A DNA stretch of 29,435 nucleotides, taken from Elusimicrobiales bacterium (GTDB taxonomy: Bacteria > Elusimicrobiota > Elusimicrobia > Elusimicrobiales > UBA9959). Shown here in pieces: positions 7,825 through 18,191 of this stretch; positions within the stretch are counted from its first letter, which is position 1, and each line of letters starts with the position of its first letter. The notes beneath the pieces were generated by a model that was not told where the DNA came from, ran no database searches, and saw only the letters and a list, made by a program, of their open reading frames with translations. The position numbers and the translations under genes were made by a program. Location of the stretch: positions 1 through 29,435 of the forward strand of contig JBMFKQ010000021.1 in assembly GCA_049972095.1 (NCBI GenBank), given 5' to 3'.

Positions 7825-9162
7825 ATGAAAAACAATAGTGATATGAAAAAGGAGATAATAAAAAGGGTCGATAGAGAAGGTATAAGTTTTGTAAAGCTTT
7901 GCTTTGTTGATATTCTTGGACAGATAAAAGCCTTTACAATTACAAGAAGAGAACTTGAGCATGCCTTAAATGAAGGAATGGGTTTTGATGGTTCATCAAT
8001 AGAAGGATTTGCAAGAATCTATGAATCAGATCTTCTTTTAATGCCAGACCCAGAGACATTTAACATACTTCCTGAGGAGTTTGATGGCACTAAGACTGCA
8101 ATAATGTTTGGGGATATTCTCACACCTGAAGGTAAGCATTATGATGGTGATACGAGATATATCCTTAAGAAAAATCTTGATTATATGAAGAAGATGGGCT
8201 TTACTGATTTTATGGTTGGCCCGGAATTAGAGTATTTTTATTTTAAATCCTGTGAAAAGCCTGAGATAATTGATGAAGGAGGATATTTTGACTCAGTTCC
8301 AATAGATGAGGCAAGTGATTTAAGAAAAAAGACAATAGAGGTGCTTGACAAGATGGGGATACCGGTTGAGTATTCTCATCATGAGGTTGCTCCAAGTCAG
8401 CATGAAATAGATTTGAGATATAGCGATGCTATTACTATGGCTGACAGAGTGGTAATGTATAAGCTTGTTGTAAAACAGGTTGCTGCAAAAAATGGTGTCT
8501 ATGCAACATTTATGCCAAAGCCATTAAATGGTGTTAATGGAAGTGGCATGCATGTTCATCAATCTCTTTTTAAAAATGGCAAAAATATGTTTTTTGATAA
8601 AAATGATCCTTATTTTTTATCAAATCACGCAAAGTTCTATATTGCTGGGCTTATGCATTATGTGAGGCAGATATGTATAGTTACAAATCAGTGGGTTAAC
8701 TCATATAAGAGATTGGTGCCTGGTTATGAAGCACCTGTGTATATTGCATGGGCAAGAAGGAATAGATCAGTGTTGATTAGAGTTCCTCAACCAAAGTTGG
8801 GGAAAGAAAAGGCAACAAGAATTGAAGCAAGATTTCCAGATCCCGGTGCAAATCCCTATCTTTGTTTTGCTGTTATGCTTAGAGCTGGGTTAAAAGGTAT
8901 AGAAGATAATATGAAGATTAAAGAACCTGTTGAAGCAGATGTCTATGAAATGAGTGAGATAGAAAGAAAGGCGAATAAAATAGAAACCTTACCAGGCTCG
9001 CTTATTGAAGCAATAGAAGAGGCTGAAAAATCAACACTCCTTAAACAGACGCTTGGTGAACATGTTTATGTTAAACTGATAGAAAATAAAAAGATAGAAT
9101 GGGATGATTATAGAACAAAGGTTACAGACTTTGAGATTAAAAGGTATTTATCTATATTGTGA
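7825..9162 (+). CDS. glnA: Glutamine synthetase type I
   Basis: FDGSSIEGF, GPELEYF, HHEVAPSQHEI, TFMPKP...NGSGMHVHQSL, NSYKRLVPGYEAP, RIEARFPDP. Confidence 0.98.
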   Translation: MKNNSDMKKEIIKRVDREGISFVKLCFVDILGQIKAFTITRRELEHALNEGMGFDGSSIEGFARIYESDLLLMPDPETFNILPEEFDGTKTAIMFGDILTPEGKHYDGDTRYILKKNLDYMKKMGFTDFMVGPELEYFYFKSCEKPEIIDEGGYFDSVPIDEASDLRKKTIEVLDKMGIPVEYSHHEVAPSQHEIDLRYSDAITMADRVVMYKLVVKQVAAKNGVYATFMPKPLNGVNGSGMHVHQSLFKNGKNMFFDKNDPYFLSNHAKFYIAGLMHYVRQICIVTNQWVNSYKRLVPGYEAPVYIAWARRNRSVLIRVPQPKLGKEKATRIEARFPDPGANPYLCFAVMLRAGLKGIEDNMKIKEPVEADVYEMSEIERKANKIETLPGSLIEAIEEAEKSTLLKQTLGEHVYVKLIENKKIEWDDYRTKVTDFEIKRYLSIL

Positions 9163-9178
9163 TTAGACTTTTGATGTT

Positions 9179-9718
9179 TTAAACCAATTTTTTTATCTCG
9201 TTTATTGCCTCTTCGTAGTTTGGTTCTTTTGATATTTCTTTAAGAAGCTGAATATATCTTATAACTCCTTCTCTGTCTATTAGAAAGAGACATCTTGCAA
9301 GAAGCCTTAACTCTCTGATCAACACACCATATGATTTTCCAAAATCAGTTTTTGTGTAATCAGAATATGTTTTAACCCTTTCCATTTTATTTGCTTGGCA
9401 CCATCTTTTCTGCGTAAATGGTAGGTCCATACTTATAGTTATTATCTCTACATCAGATGAAAGTTTCTGAGCTTCCTCGTTGAATTTTCTTGTTTCCAGA
9501 TCACAAACGGGTGTATCAAGTGATAGAACTGATGATATGAGGACGATCTTACCTCTGTATGTTCTGTAAAACCTCATTGGAGTCATATCGTTGCTTATAA
9601 CCTTAAAGTCGCAAGCTTTATCTCCAACTTTAGGCTCATTGCCAACGAGGGTCATCTCTCTTCCATCTAGTGTTACAGTTCTTTTCTGTGCCTGGGTTTC
9701 TTTTTTAATTTCATCCAT
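9179..9718 (-). CDS. tpx: Thiol peroxidase (atypical 2-Cys peroxiredoxin)
   Basis: SLDTPVCDLETRKFN, ISMDLPFTQKRWC, FGKSYGVLI. Confidence 0.93.
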   Translation of the reverse strand: MDEIKKETQAQKRTVTLDGREMTLVGNEPKVGDKACDFKVISNDMTPMRFYRTYRGKIVLISSVLSLDTPVCDLETRKFNEEAQKLSSDVEIITISMDLPFTQKRWCQANKMERVKTYSDYTKTDFGKSYGVLIRELRLLARCLFLIDREGVIRYIQLLKEISKEPNYEEAINEIKKLV

Positions 9719-9727
9719 TTTCCCTCC

Positions 9728-10903
9728 TTATTCAATTATCTCGAGCAGCACAAATCTAAGATATTTTGTTTCTTTCATCCCTGCTATTACTGGATGATCT
9801 TTTGCCTGAAAACCGTTTTCAACTATAAATATCCTTCTTTTTGATTTAGTTGCTGCAGTGCTTACTATTCTGTCAAAAACTTCATCGTCTATATGTTGAG
9901 AGCATGTTGAAAAAGCAACATAACCGTTTTTATCAACCCCTTTAAGTGCCTGTTTTAGAATTCTTGTATAATATCTTTCAGCCTGATAAAGATGCTTTTT
10001 GTTTCTTACAAGGTTTGGTGGGTCAAGCAGTATAAAGTTGGGTGTTATTGGAAGTTCATGTTTTATAAGTGCATCAAGCATATGTAAAGCAGATTCCTGT
10101 TTAAAGATTACTTTTGACGATACACGGTTTAGTTTTGCATTTTTTTTTGCAAGCTCTATTGCTTTTTGAGATGAATCAACTCCCCATACTGTGTTAGCAT
10201 CATTTTTTGCAGCTATTATTGAAAATGCTCCAGTATAGCAGTAGAGATCAAGCACCTTTTTTCCTTTAAAATATGGTATAAGTTTTTTTCTATTGTCTCT
10301 TTGATCAAAATACCAACCAGTCTTTTGAGATGAAAGCAGATCCACCTCAAATTTAGCTCCGTTTTCTTCTATTATGACACTCGAAGGAGGATTGCCAATA
10401 ATTTGTTTTTTTTCTATTTTAAGTCCCTCCAGAAGTCTATATGGATGGTCTCTAAGTATTACGATAGATTTAGGTTCAAAGATATCCTTAACAGCATCAA
10501 TTATTTTCTCAGAATAAAGCTCTACTCCTGCTGATAGTATTTCAATTACCACTACCTCACCGTATAAATCTATTATAAGGCCACCTATACCATCGCTTTC
10601 TCCAAAGAAGAATCTTCCACTATCTTTAATCCCTATTGTATGTCTGTATTCTTTCGCTAATTTTATTTTTGAGTGAAATATACTGTCATCAATTATGTCA
10701 GTGCCTTTTACAAGCAGCCTTATTGATATGAGGCTGTGGGGATTGTAGAATCCTGCTCCACAGATACTGTTATCTGAATATAAGACTCTGCAGATCTCTC
10801 CATTTTTGACGCTGAAATCATGTTTTTCTATCTCATTTGAAAATATCCAGAGATGTGAATTGAGCCTTTCTATATATTTTTCTCTCAATTTGATTGTCTT
10901 CAT
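9728..10903 (-). CDS. RlmI/RlmK-family SAM-dependent 23S rRNA methyltransferase
   Basis: N-terminal PUA-like HLWIFSNEI, GESDGIGGLIID, QKTGWYFDQRDNR, VLDLYCYTGAFS, LDPP, DHPV...YL. Confidence 0.9.
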   Translation of the reverse strand: MKTIKLREKYIERLNSHLWIFSNEIEKHDFSVKNGEICRVLYSDNSICGAGFYNPHSLISIRLLVKGTDIIDDSIFHSKIKLAKEYRHTIGIKDSGRFFFGESDGIGGLIIDLYGEVVVIEILSAGVELYSEKIIDAVKDIFEPKSIVILRDHPYRLLEGLKIEKKQIIGNPPSSVIIEENGAKFEVDLLSSQKTGWYFDQRDNRKKLIPYFKGKKVLDLYCYTGAFSIIAAKNDANTVWGVDSSQKAIELAKKNAKLNRVSSKVIFKQESALHMLDALIKHELPITPNFILLDPPNLVRNKKHLYQAERYYTRILKQALKGVDKNGYVAFSTCSQHIDDEVFDRIVSTAATKSKRRIFIVENGFQAKDHPVIAGMKETKYLRFVLLEIIE

Positions 10904-11679
10904 ATTTTAATGATAACCTCCACTTTTTCTCCAGCCTTTATTGAATGTGTTTCAGCAAAATTTGAGTTTTTTATTGAAAGCTCAACAAAGTCATATGAGC
11001 CAATAACAGCAATTTCCTTGTTATCCACAGCAAAGGAGTATGTTGGAGTTAGACCTTCTATGACAATATTTTTTATATTAAAAACTGATAAGGGATTTAC
11101 ATATTCTTTTTTTATATTTGTTATTGCGTTTCCAAATCTGTCAATGGCGATTATCTCTCCGATTATTCTATTCCCAATTCTCTGGGGATATGGAAATGGT
11201 ATTTTTTTCCACTCATTAAAATGAGGGCCTATTTTACTTTCTTCAAATCCCTTTGCAATCAAGGCGGCAGCAGGCGCCATTATGTCTCTTCCATGAAATG
11301 TTGAGCTTATCTTTTCAAGGAAAAGTTCTGGGTTTGTAATTGCCCTTGCCTCCTCTATTCTTTCAACCTCTTCAACCCAGCTTGCAGTTCCATTGTCAGG
11401 AGTTATTATTTGGTGAGACGAGGTCTTAATCCAAAGTATGCTTCTTCCACTTCCAACATCAGGATCTACAATGCATATAACTATTGAGTTTTTTGGAAGA
11501 TAGCCTATGGAAACCATGAGATAAAATGCTGCTGTTTTTATGTCCTGTGGAGGGATAAAATGGGTTATATCAATAATTTTTACCTTTTGATTTTTTGAGT
11601 ATATTACTGACTTCATCATTCCAACAAATGGATCAAAAAGCCCAAAATCGCTCATTAGAGCAATAAAGTTAGTCTTCAT
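10900..11679 (-). CDS. SAM hydroxide adenosyltransferase (DUF62, chlorinase/fluorinase family)
   Basis: SDFG..DPFVG, IIDITH, IVDPDVGSGR, PDNG, SSTFHGRDIMAP, IDRFGNAITN. Confidence 0.93.
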   Translation of the reverse strand: MKTNFIALMSDFGLFDPFVGMMKSVIYSKNQKVKIIDITHFIPPQDIKTAAFYLMVSIGYLPKNSIVICIVDPDVGSGRSILWIKTSSHQIITPDNGTASWVEEVERIEEARAITNPELFLEKISSTFHGRDIMAPAAALIAKGFEESKIGPHFNEWKKIPFPYPQRIGNRIIGEIIAIDRFGNAITNIKKEYVNPLSVFNIKNIVIEGLTPTYSFAVDNKEIAVIGSYDFVELSIKNSNFAETHSIKAGEKVEVIIKI

Positions 11680-11681
11680 AC

Positions 11682-12257
11682 TTATTTGTTTGATGATGTG
11701 AGGTTTGTTAGTGGGATGCCAAGCTTACATAGGGGACAGTTTTCAGGTGGGTAGAGTTCAAGAGGATAAGAGACAAGCGCTCTTACAGGAAGATTGAATG
11801 GGATAGGACCGGTTGATCTGTCAACTATTGCGCATATACCAACTACTTTTGCTTTGTAGCTTCTCACTAAGTCTATTGCGGCGGAGCATATTTTACCTGT
11901 TGAAAATACATCATCCACTATCAGAACCCTTTCATTTTCATTTATTTTAAAATTTCTTTTGAGAACCATTGCACCTTCGCTTCTTTCAGTAAATATGGAT
12001 CTTACTTTTTTAATTCTTGCTATTTCCTGTCCTATTACGATTATTGCGGGATTTGGAGAAAGCACAACATCGACAGGATCTGAAAATTTTTCTGCCATCT
12101 CTCTTGCTATCTTTTGGGCTATGTGAGGATATTGTAAAACTATTGATGTCTGGATGTAGGTTTGCGAGTGAAAACCTGATGGGAGCTGGAAATGTCCATT
12201 TAGTATTGCTCCATGCTCCTGAAGTATTCCAACTATATCAAATCTACTCTTTGCCAT
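11682..12257 (-). CDS. pyrE: Orotate phosphoribosyltransferase
   Basis: GAILNGHFQLPSGFHS, PRPP loop VLIVDDVFSTG, IVDRS, C-terminal CPLC. Confidence 0.9.
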   Translation of the reverse strand: MAKSRFDIVGILQEHGAILNGHFQLPSGFHSQTYIQTSIVLQYPHIAQKIAREMAEKFSDPVDVVLSPNPAIIVIGQEIARIKKVRSIFTERSEGAMVLKRNFKINENERVLIVDDVFSTGKICSAAIDLVRSYKAKVVGICAIVDRSTGPIPFNLPVRALVSYPLELYPPENCPLCKLGIPLTNLTSSNK

Positions 12258-12273
12258 ACATATCCTCCTTTTG

Positions 12274-14286
12274 TTAGTTTATGTCGATAGAGGTTTTAAC
12301 CTCATCCTCTACAAATTTAGTTATATTAGTTGCATCTATAAGTTTAATACTGTTTTTATCAAAGCTTCCTGTAATTGTAAAGGCAATAGCGGGTCTTCCT
12401 TTTGAATCAGTAAGATATTCTGGGAGTACTCCTTCATTATAGTATTTTCTGTTTATAGTATAAACGCTCATATTCAATTTTCTTGAGTTTAAGTCTATCT
12501 CACCCCTCGTGTATACAAGAAACTCGACTGAGTTGAGATAGAATTTGTCTATTATTATTTTACCATTATTTAGCTTAAAAGATGAGCCCATATCATAAAA
12601 GTTTATATTTTTTAATTCATAATTCATCCTCAGTGCTCCTGTTCTGTTGAGGTTGTAGAGTGTAGTTAAAGGAAGAAGGATCAAGCGGTAGTTTTCGTTT
12701 TCTTTTGTGTTTTCAGTTATATTTTTTATTTGGCCATTTAAGAGTTTTATTCTAATCTCACCTTCACATTTAAGTATATTATTTGTCTTTGAGTATTTGA
12801 TTGATGATAAAAGTTTATTTGCGCTTATATATGGTTCATCAGAATAACCATCAGATTCTATATGTATATTCATTCTTCTGTTTGTAAAATTGTATGGGCT
12901 ATTGGATAATGAATGGTGTTTAGAGGCTTTTTCTCTGAAATATTCAATTATATCAAGAGCTTTTTTAAGTGAAAAATTTTGTGTTTTAATAAATAGATCG
13001 TAAGCTGTAAGTTCTGATTTATCTAGATTCTTAATTGCTATGTATCCATTGAGTGTATTGAGATTAAGCTTTGTGTTGAAATTTATTTTCTGATAGTCTT
13101 TCTTGCCTTCAATCCTAATATTTCCTTCAATCTTACCATAAGGAAACAATCCACTAACTCTGATGAGGTTCAGTGCATAGAATTTATCAGTTATTATAAT
13201 CTTTCCTACACTATCCTTGAAATTTATTGCATTTAGTAGGTCTATGAAATCAAATTTTTGACTCTCTGCAGTTATTGAATATGTGTGAGATGGTGGTTTT
13301 ATTTCGACTGTAATGTTGATCTTTCCCTTAAAGTTTTTAGCATACTCCTTAATATACTCTTTGAACAATCCTGCATCCAATTCTTTTGCTTTGATATTTA
13401 TTTCACTGAATACCTTCTTATCTGTATCAAAGTTGATATTTACTTCTGTTTTTATTGAAGGAATTGATGAGAAGAAATTGATGGTATTGTTTTTAAACAC
13501 CGAGAGTATATTTGCCTGAAATGGTTGTATTTTTATTGAATAGGGAATATTTACTATCTCCTTTATATCTATAGGATTTTTTACCATCAGTTTGATATCA
13601 CCTTTAACATTTTCGTAAACTGCAATATTACCACTCATCTCAAGATTTTTTCCGTTTATCTGCATAGATATATCTTTTATTTTTATTTCATTATCTTCAA
13701 TATCAAAAAAGGTTTTAATTCTTAATTTTTGTAAACCCTGATAATACTCACCCTCAAAACTTATTTTTGTATTATTTGAGAAAAAAGAATTAGAGACTGT
13801 AAGTCTGTCTATTTTTACTTTTATGTTTTTATCCTCTATATATAAAGATGATGATAAAACTTCAACCTTCTTAATGAGATCTTTTATCTTTTTCAGTATG
13901 TCAACAAGTTCATATTTTTTATTTGTTTGGGAGAGGTCATATTTTAATGACATTCCATGTATCTTTATTGAGTCTGGCTTAAATCTCAGCTTTTTTGATA
14001 TTATAGCCTCGGTGAGATTTATGTTTGTCTCTATCTTTTCAGCTTTTATTACGACTGATGGTGAAGAGAAAGAAGCACTTTCTATTATAAATAGATCTGG
14101 TCTTATATATTTTATTTTTCCAAGATTTGATGTTATATTGTACTTTAATTTTAATACAGCTATCAGATTATATTTGATAATCTCATGGTTTAGTATGTTT
14201 TTATAAAAGTAAAAGACAATAAAAGAAAAAAATATAATAGTTAAAATTATAACCAAAAGAAGTATTCTTAAAGTCTTTATGAACAT
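12274..14286 (-). CDS. AsmA-like envelope protein
   Basis: N-terminal TM anchor, beta-rich body, C-terminal LNNGKIII...GEIDL...FTITGSFDK pattern typical of AsmA C-terminal regions. Confidence 0.55.
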   Translation of the reverse strand: MFIKTLRILLLVIILTIIFFSFIVFYFYKNILNHEIIKYNLIAVLKLKYNITSNLGKIKYIRPDLFIIESASFSSPSVVIKAEKIETNINLTEAIISKKLRFKPDSIKIHGMSLKYDLSQTNKKYELVDILKKIKDLIKKVEVLSSSLYIEDKNIKVKIDRLTVSNSFFSNNTKISFEGEYYQGLQKLRIKTFFDIEDNEIKIKDISMQINGKNLEMSGNIAVYENVKGDIKLMVKNPIDIKEIVNIPYSIKIQPFQANILSVFKNNTINFFSSIPSIKTEVNINFDTDKKVFSEINIKAKELDAGLFKEYIKEYAKNFKGKINITVEIKPPSHTYSITAESQKFDFIDLLNAINFKDSVGKIIITDKFYALNLIRVSGLFPYGKIEGNIRIEGKKDYQKINFNTKLNLNTLNGYIAIKNLDKSELTAYDLFIKTQNFSLKKALDIIEYFREKASKHHSLSNSPYNFTNRRMNIHIESDGYSDEPYISANKLLSSIKYSKTNNILKCEGEIRIKLLNGQIKNITENTKENENYRLILLPLTTLYNLNRTGALRMNYELKNINFYDMGSSFKLNNGKIIIDKFYLNSVEFLVYTRGEIDLNSRKLNMSVYTINRKYYNEGVLPEYLTDSKGRPAIAFTITGSFDKNSIKLIDATNITKFVEDEVKTSIDIN

Positions 14287-14963
14287 AGTTTAATAAAAAG
14301 GCAGAGCTTAATAGCAACCTTTAACAAAGCCGATATTATCTTTGTGTAGTTCGCTACTGTATTTAAGGTAAAACTTTTTAAAACAGCTGGATCAGGGAAA
14401 AGAGACAATGTTATCAAAGGTATAATAAGGGCATTTGATGCAAATATTATAGTTAAGGATAGCAATCTTCCACCGAATCTTCTAAAATCACTCTGGGGTG
14501 TTGTTGATATTTCAAATGTGTTGAGTATGTGAAACATTAAAGCGGATGCCTGAAGGAAAAGAAATAATCTGTAGTGTGAGGATCCAAATATAATAGTGAA
14601 AATGAAATAGGCTAATGCTATAATTATGTTTAGAATCGGAAAAATATATGGAAGTATTGTGGTTAATTTGTCTGGTCTTTTTGAAAATGAAACATAACCG
14701 GATTTTGATGAAATTTTTATTTTTCTTATTCTGTTTCCTTTTAAAAAACCTACAATAGCATGGGATAGCTCATGAAAAAATATGTAGATCTTTGATAGTG
14801 TTGTAGATTTCCTGTATATAAGATGTAAAAGTGTATAAGCTATGATACCTGCTGAAAAAAAGTGGAAGTCATTTTTTGTTATGAGTATTTTTAGAAATGT
14901 TGGGTATGATATTAAAAGAGCAAGGCAAAGTGGAGGCAGTGTAAGATATACAAAAAAACTCAT
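14277..14963 (-). CDS. Membrane zinc metalloprotease, M50B-like
   Basis: Multiple TM helices, FHELSHAI (HExxH), GYVSF, PYIFP, QSDF. Confidence 0.7.
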   Translation of the reverse strand: MSFFVYLTLPPLCLALLISYPTFLKILITKNDFHFFSAGIIAYTLLHLIYRKSTTLSKIYIFFHELSHAIVGFLKGNRIRKIKISSKSGYVSFSKRPDKLTTILPYIFPILNIIIALAYFIFTIIFGSSHYRLFLFLQASALMFHILNTFEISTTPQSDFRRFGGRLLSLTIIFASNALIIPLITLSLFPDPAVLKSFTLNTVANYTKIISALLKVAIKLCLFIKLCS

Positions 14964-15361
14964 TTTGTTGGGTTGGTTTTAAGTATTTTATGAATAAGAG
15001 CTATAAATAGATTTATTTTGATAGGCTTTTCTATAAAATCCACAACATTTGGTTCCATCTTTATCATCTCTTTTGTGCTTCTATCTATGTATTTCCCTGT
15101 TATTACTATAACGGGTAAGGAAGTCTTTCCTTCTATCTGTAACTCCCTAAGTATTTCAAACCCACCATATCCAGGAAGCATAAGGTCAAGGATTATCAGA
15201 TCATAGTCCTTCTGTTTTATTCTTTCTATTGCTTGTTTTCCTGTGGATATTTTTTCAGTTTTAAATTTTTCATTTTTCAAAGCAACATCAAGAAGCTCTC
15301 TTATAGCCTCATCGTCATCAACTATAAGAATTGTCTTACTCTCAGGTTCTGAAAGGTTCAT
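14960..15361 (-). CDS. Single-domain response regulator (receiver)
   Basis: ILIVDDD, LIILDLMLPGYGG, VITG, FIEKP; no output domain. Confidence 0.93.
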   Translation of the reverse strand: MNLSEPESKTILIVDDDEAIRELLDVALKNEKFKTEKISTGKQAIERIKQKDYDLIILDLMLPGYGGFEILRELQIEGKTSLPVIVITGKYIDRSTKEMIKMEPNVVDFIEKPIKINLFIALIHKILKTNPTK

Positions 15362-15388
15362 AAAAATGCCTCATTAGATAATTTCTTA

Positions 15389-15619
15389 TCAGTAATTTGT
15401 TGTTACAAGTGTTTCCGTAGTCTGAACTCCATGAGTTGATCTGATTTCCCTTAATATGAGGTTTGATAATTTATCCAATGTATCAGCTTCAACTATCAGT
15501 ATTGCATCCCATGCGCCGAATGTTAGATAAACCTCTTTTATACCTCTTATGTTTTTTATGTTCGATATAGCTTTTTGTTCAAGCCCTGCTATGAGCTTGC
15601 ATAGCACAAATGCAACCAT
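15389..15619 (-). CDS. Stand-alone Lrp/AsnC ligand-binding (RAM) domain protein
   Basis: VYLTFGAWDAILIVEA...IRSTHGVQTTETLV; no HTH. Confidence 0.85.
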   Translation of the reverse strand: MVAFVLCKLIAGLEQKAISNIKNIRGIKEVYLTFGAWDAILIVEADTLDKLSNLILREIRSTHGVQTTETLVTTNY

Positions 15620-15762
15620 ATTACCCCCTTCCCTCGGGTGTTTAGCTTTAACAACCCGCTTTTTTATATTATATAATAAAAAGTTGTTTTTAAAACTCTA
15701 AATTTATATAATATTTTGTAGTTTGTGATCTATTCTAAATAATAAAAATTGAGGAGGTTTAT

Positions 15763-16815
15763 ATGGGTGTTAAAATAGGAATAAATGGTTTTGGAAGGAT
15801 AGGAAGACTTGTTGCAAGAGCTGTTTTTGAAAGGGGGATAAAGGATTTAGAGATAGTTGCAGTTAATGATCTGACTGATGCAAAGACAAATGCTCACCTG
15901 TTTAAATACGATTCTATTCATGGTAGATATGAAGGAGATGTTAGGGCTATTTCTGATGAGGAGATCTCTATTGATGGGCAGAGGATAAAGGTTTTAAAGA
16001 AGAAAGATCCAGCTGAACTTCCCTGGAAGGATTTAGGTGTTGAGATTGTTATAGAATCAACTGGGCTTTTTACGGTTAAGAAGGATGGAGTTAATAAGAA
16101 GGGAAAAGAGGTCAAAGGTGCAGAAAATCATATAACCAAGGGAGGAGCAAAGAAGGTTATAATAACAGCACCTGCAGAGGGCGAGGATATAACCATAGTA
16201 ATGGGTGTAAATCATGATAAATATGACCCAAGAAGTCACAATGTTATCTCAAATGCGAGCTGCACAACAAACTGTCTTGCACCTATTGTCAAGGTGATAC
16301 ATGAAAAATGGGGTATAGAGAAGGGACTTATGACAACAATCCATTCATACACAAATGATCAGAGAATGCTTGATATGACTCATTCAGATCTTAGAAGAGC
16401 AAGAGCTGGTGCTATGAATATGATACCAACAACAACGGGTGCTGCAAAAGCAATAGGACTTGTTATGCCTGAACTTAAAGGTAAGCTTGATGGATTTGCA
16501 ATAAGAGTTCCTACACCTAATGTCTCAGTAGTTGATCTTTCAGCAACGATTAAAAAAACAACAACTGCCGCGGATATAAATGCTGCGCTTAAAGAGGCAA
16601 GCGAAAATTCGCTTAAAGGAATTTTAGGATATACTGATGAACCACTCGTATCTATGGATTTCAATCACTGTCCTTTAAGCTCTTTCGTAGATGGCAGCTC
16701 AACAAAGGTAATAGGAGGCGACTTTATAAAGGTTCTTTCATGGTATGACAATGAATGGGGATACTCAAATAGGGTTGTTGATCTTGCTCTCTACATAATA
16801 AAGAAAGGGCTTTGA
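15763..16815 (+). CDS. gap: Type I glyceraldehyde-3-phosphate dehydrogenase
   Basis: [37 protein letters not shown]. Confidence 0.99.
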   Translation: MGVKIGINGFGRIGRLVARAVFERGIKDLEIVAVNDLTDAKTNAHLFKYDSIHGRYEGDVRAISDEEISIDGQRIKVLKKKDPAELPWKDLGVEIVIESTGLFTVKKDGVNKKGKEVKGAENHITKGGAKKVIITAPAEGEDITIVMGVNHDKYDPRSHNVISNASCTTNCLAPIVKVIHEKWGIEKGLMTTIHSYTNDQRMLDMTHSDLRRARAGAMNMIPTTTGAAKAIGLVMPELKGKLDGFAIRVPTPNVSVVDLSATIKKTTTAADINAALKEASENSLKGILGYTDEPLVSMDFNHCPLSSFVDGSSTKVIGGDFIKVLSWYDNEWGYSNRVVDLALYIIKKGL

Positions 16816-16832
16816 TGTTTTAGGAGGAATTT

Positions 16833-18191
16833 ATGGTTAAAAAAAACAGAAGGAGAGTTGTGATAATGGGTGCTGCGGGGAGGGATTTTCATAACTTCAA
16901 TGTTTATTATAGGGACAATGAGGAATATGAGGTTATTGCTTTCACGGCTCAGCAGATACCGAACATTGCAGGTAGAAAATATCCTTCCTCTCTGGCAGGC
17001 AAGCTTTATCCTGATGGAATTCCCATATACGATGAAAGTGAATTGCCTGATATTATAAAAAAATATAGGGTTGATGAGGTTGTTTTTGCGTATAGTGATG
17101 TGAGTTTTAATTATGTTATGGAGAGGGGTTCTATTGCTCTTGCATGTGGTGCTGATTATAGACTTTTAAGTGGTCAGCATACTATGATAAAATCAACAAA
17201 ACCGGTAATAGCTGTCTGTGCTGTTAGAACTGGTTGTGGTAAAAGCCAAACATCAAGAAAAATAGCCTCAATACTTAAAGAGATAGGCAAAAAGGTAGTT
17301 GTTGTTAGGCATCCTATGCCTTATGGCGATCTTGAAAAACAAGTATGTCAGAGATTTGCCTCAATAAAGGATATGCACGATCAAAACTGTACTATAGAGG
17401 AGATGGAGGAATATGAGCCTCATATCAGTGAGGGGCATATAGTCTATGCAGGTGTGGATTATGAAAGAATATTAAGGGATGCAGAAAAAGAGGCAGATGT
17501 TATATTATGGGATGGTGGTAATAATGATCTTCCTTTCTACAAGCCGGATCTTCATATAGTTGTGACTGACCCTTTAAGGGCAGGGCATGAAAATCACTAC
17601 CATCCAGGTGCGACAAACCTTAGGATGGCAGATGTTGTTATAATAAACAAGGTTGATACAGCAGAGCCTGATGATGTTGAAAAGGTCAAGACAAACATAA
17701 TTTCAGCAAATCCTGATGCGAAGATAATAGAGGCTGAAAGCCCTGTTGTGGTTAAGGGAGATGCCTCTCAGATAAAAGGGAAAAAAGTGCTTGTGGTTGA
17801 GGATGGTCCGACACTCACTCATGGTGAGATGAACTATGGTGCTGCCTATGTTGCTGCCAAGGAGCATGGGGCAGGCGAAATAGTAGATCCAAGGCCCTAC
17901 GCTGTTGGCTCTATAAAGGCTGTGTATAAAAAGTATACTCATCTTGAAAATATACTTCCTGCCATGGGCTATGGAAAGGTTCAGATGGATGAGTTGAGAA
18001 AAACTATTGAAAGGACACCTTGTGATCTGGTTCTCATAGGGACACCAATAGATCTTGCATTGCACCTTAAGTTTAACAAACCCTCAATGAGGATAACATA
18101 TTATCTCAAAGAAAGAACATCTCCAGCACTTAAAGAGATAATAGAAGGTGTATTGAAGGAAAAAGCAAAGGCTTTAAGGGAGGTAAAATGA
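16833..18191 (+). CDS. COG2403 P-loop protein of the cyclic 2,3-diphosphoglycerate synthetase / arginine synthetase (ArcE) family
   Basis: MGAAGRDFHNFN, AVRTGCGKSQTSR (P-loop), RHPMPYG, CTIEEMEEYEPH, WDGGNND, VEDGPTLTHG, LPAMGY. Confidence 0.85.
   Translation: MVKKNRRRVVIMGAAGRDFHNFNVYYRDNEEYEVIAFTAQQIPNIAGRKYPSSLAGKLYPDGIPIYDESELPDIIKKYRVDEVVFAYSDVSFNYVMERGSIALACGADYRLLSGQHTMIKSTKPVIAVCAVRTGCGKSQTSRKIASILKEIGKKVVVVRHPMPYGDLEKQVCQRFASIKDMHDQNCTIEEMEEYEPHISEGHIVYAGVDYERILRDAEKEADVILWDGGNNDLPFYKPDLHIVVTDPLRAGHENHYHPGATNLRMADVVIINKVDTAEPDDVEKVKTNIISANPDAKIIEAESPVVVKGDASQIKGKKVLVVEDGPTLTHGEMNYGAAYVAAKEHGAGEIVDPRPYAVGSIKAVYKKYTHLENILPAMGYGKVQMDELRKTIERTPCDLVLIGTPIDLALHLKFNKPSMRITYYLKERTSPALKEIIEGVLKEKAKALREVK

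Noticed and set aside
7448..7962. ORFs 7448-7732, 7465-7647 and 7675-7962
   Set aside because: They overlap the tRNA, the repeat array or glnA; their repeated peptides simply mirror the DNA repeat.
10900..11679. True halogenase (fluorinase or chlorinase) cluster
   Set aside because: The TFHGRD motif fits the common DUF62 hydrolase type and the context is housekeeping.
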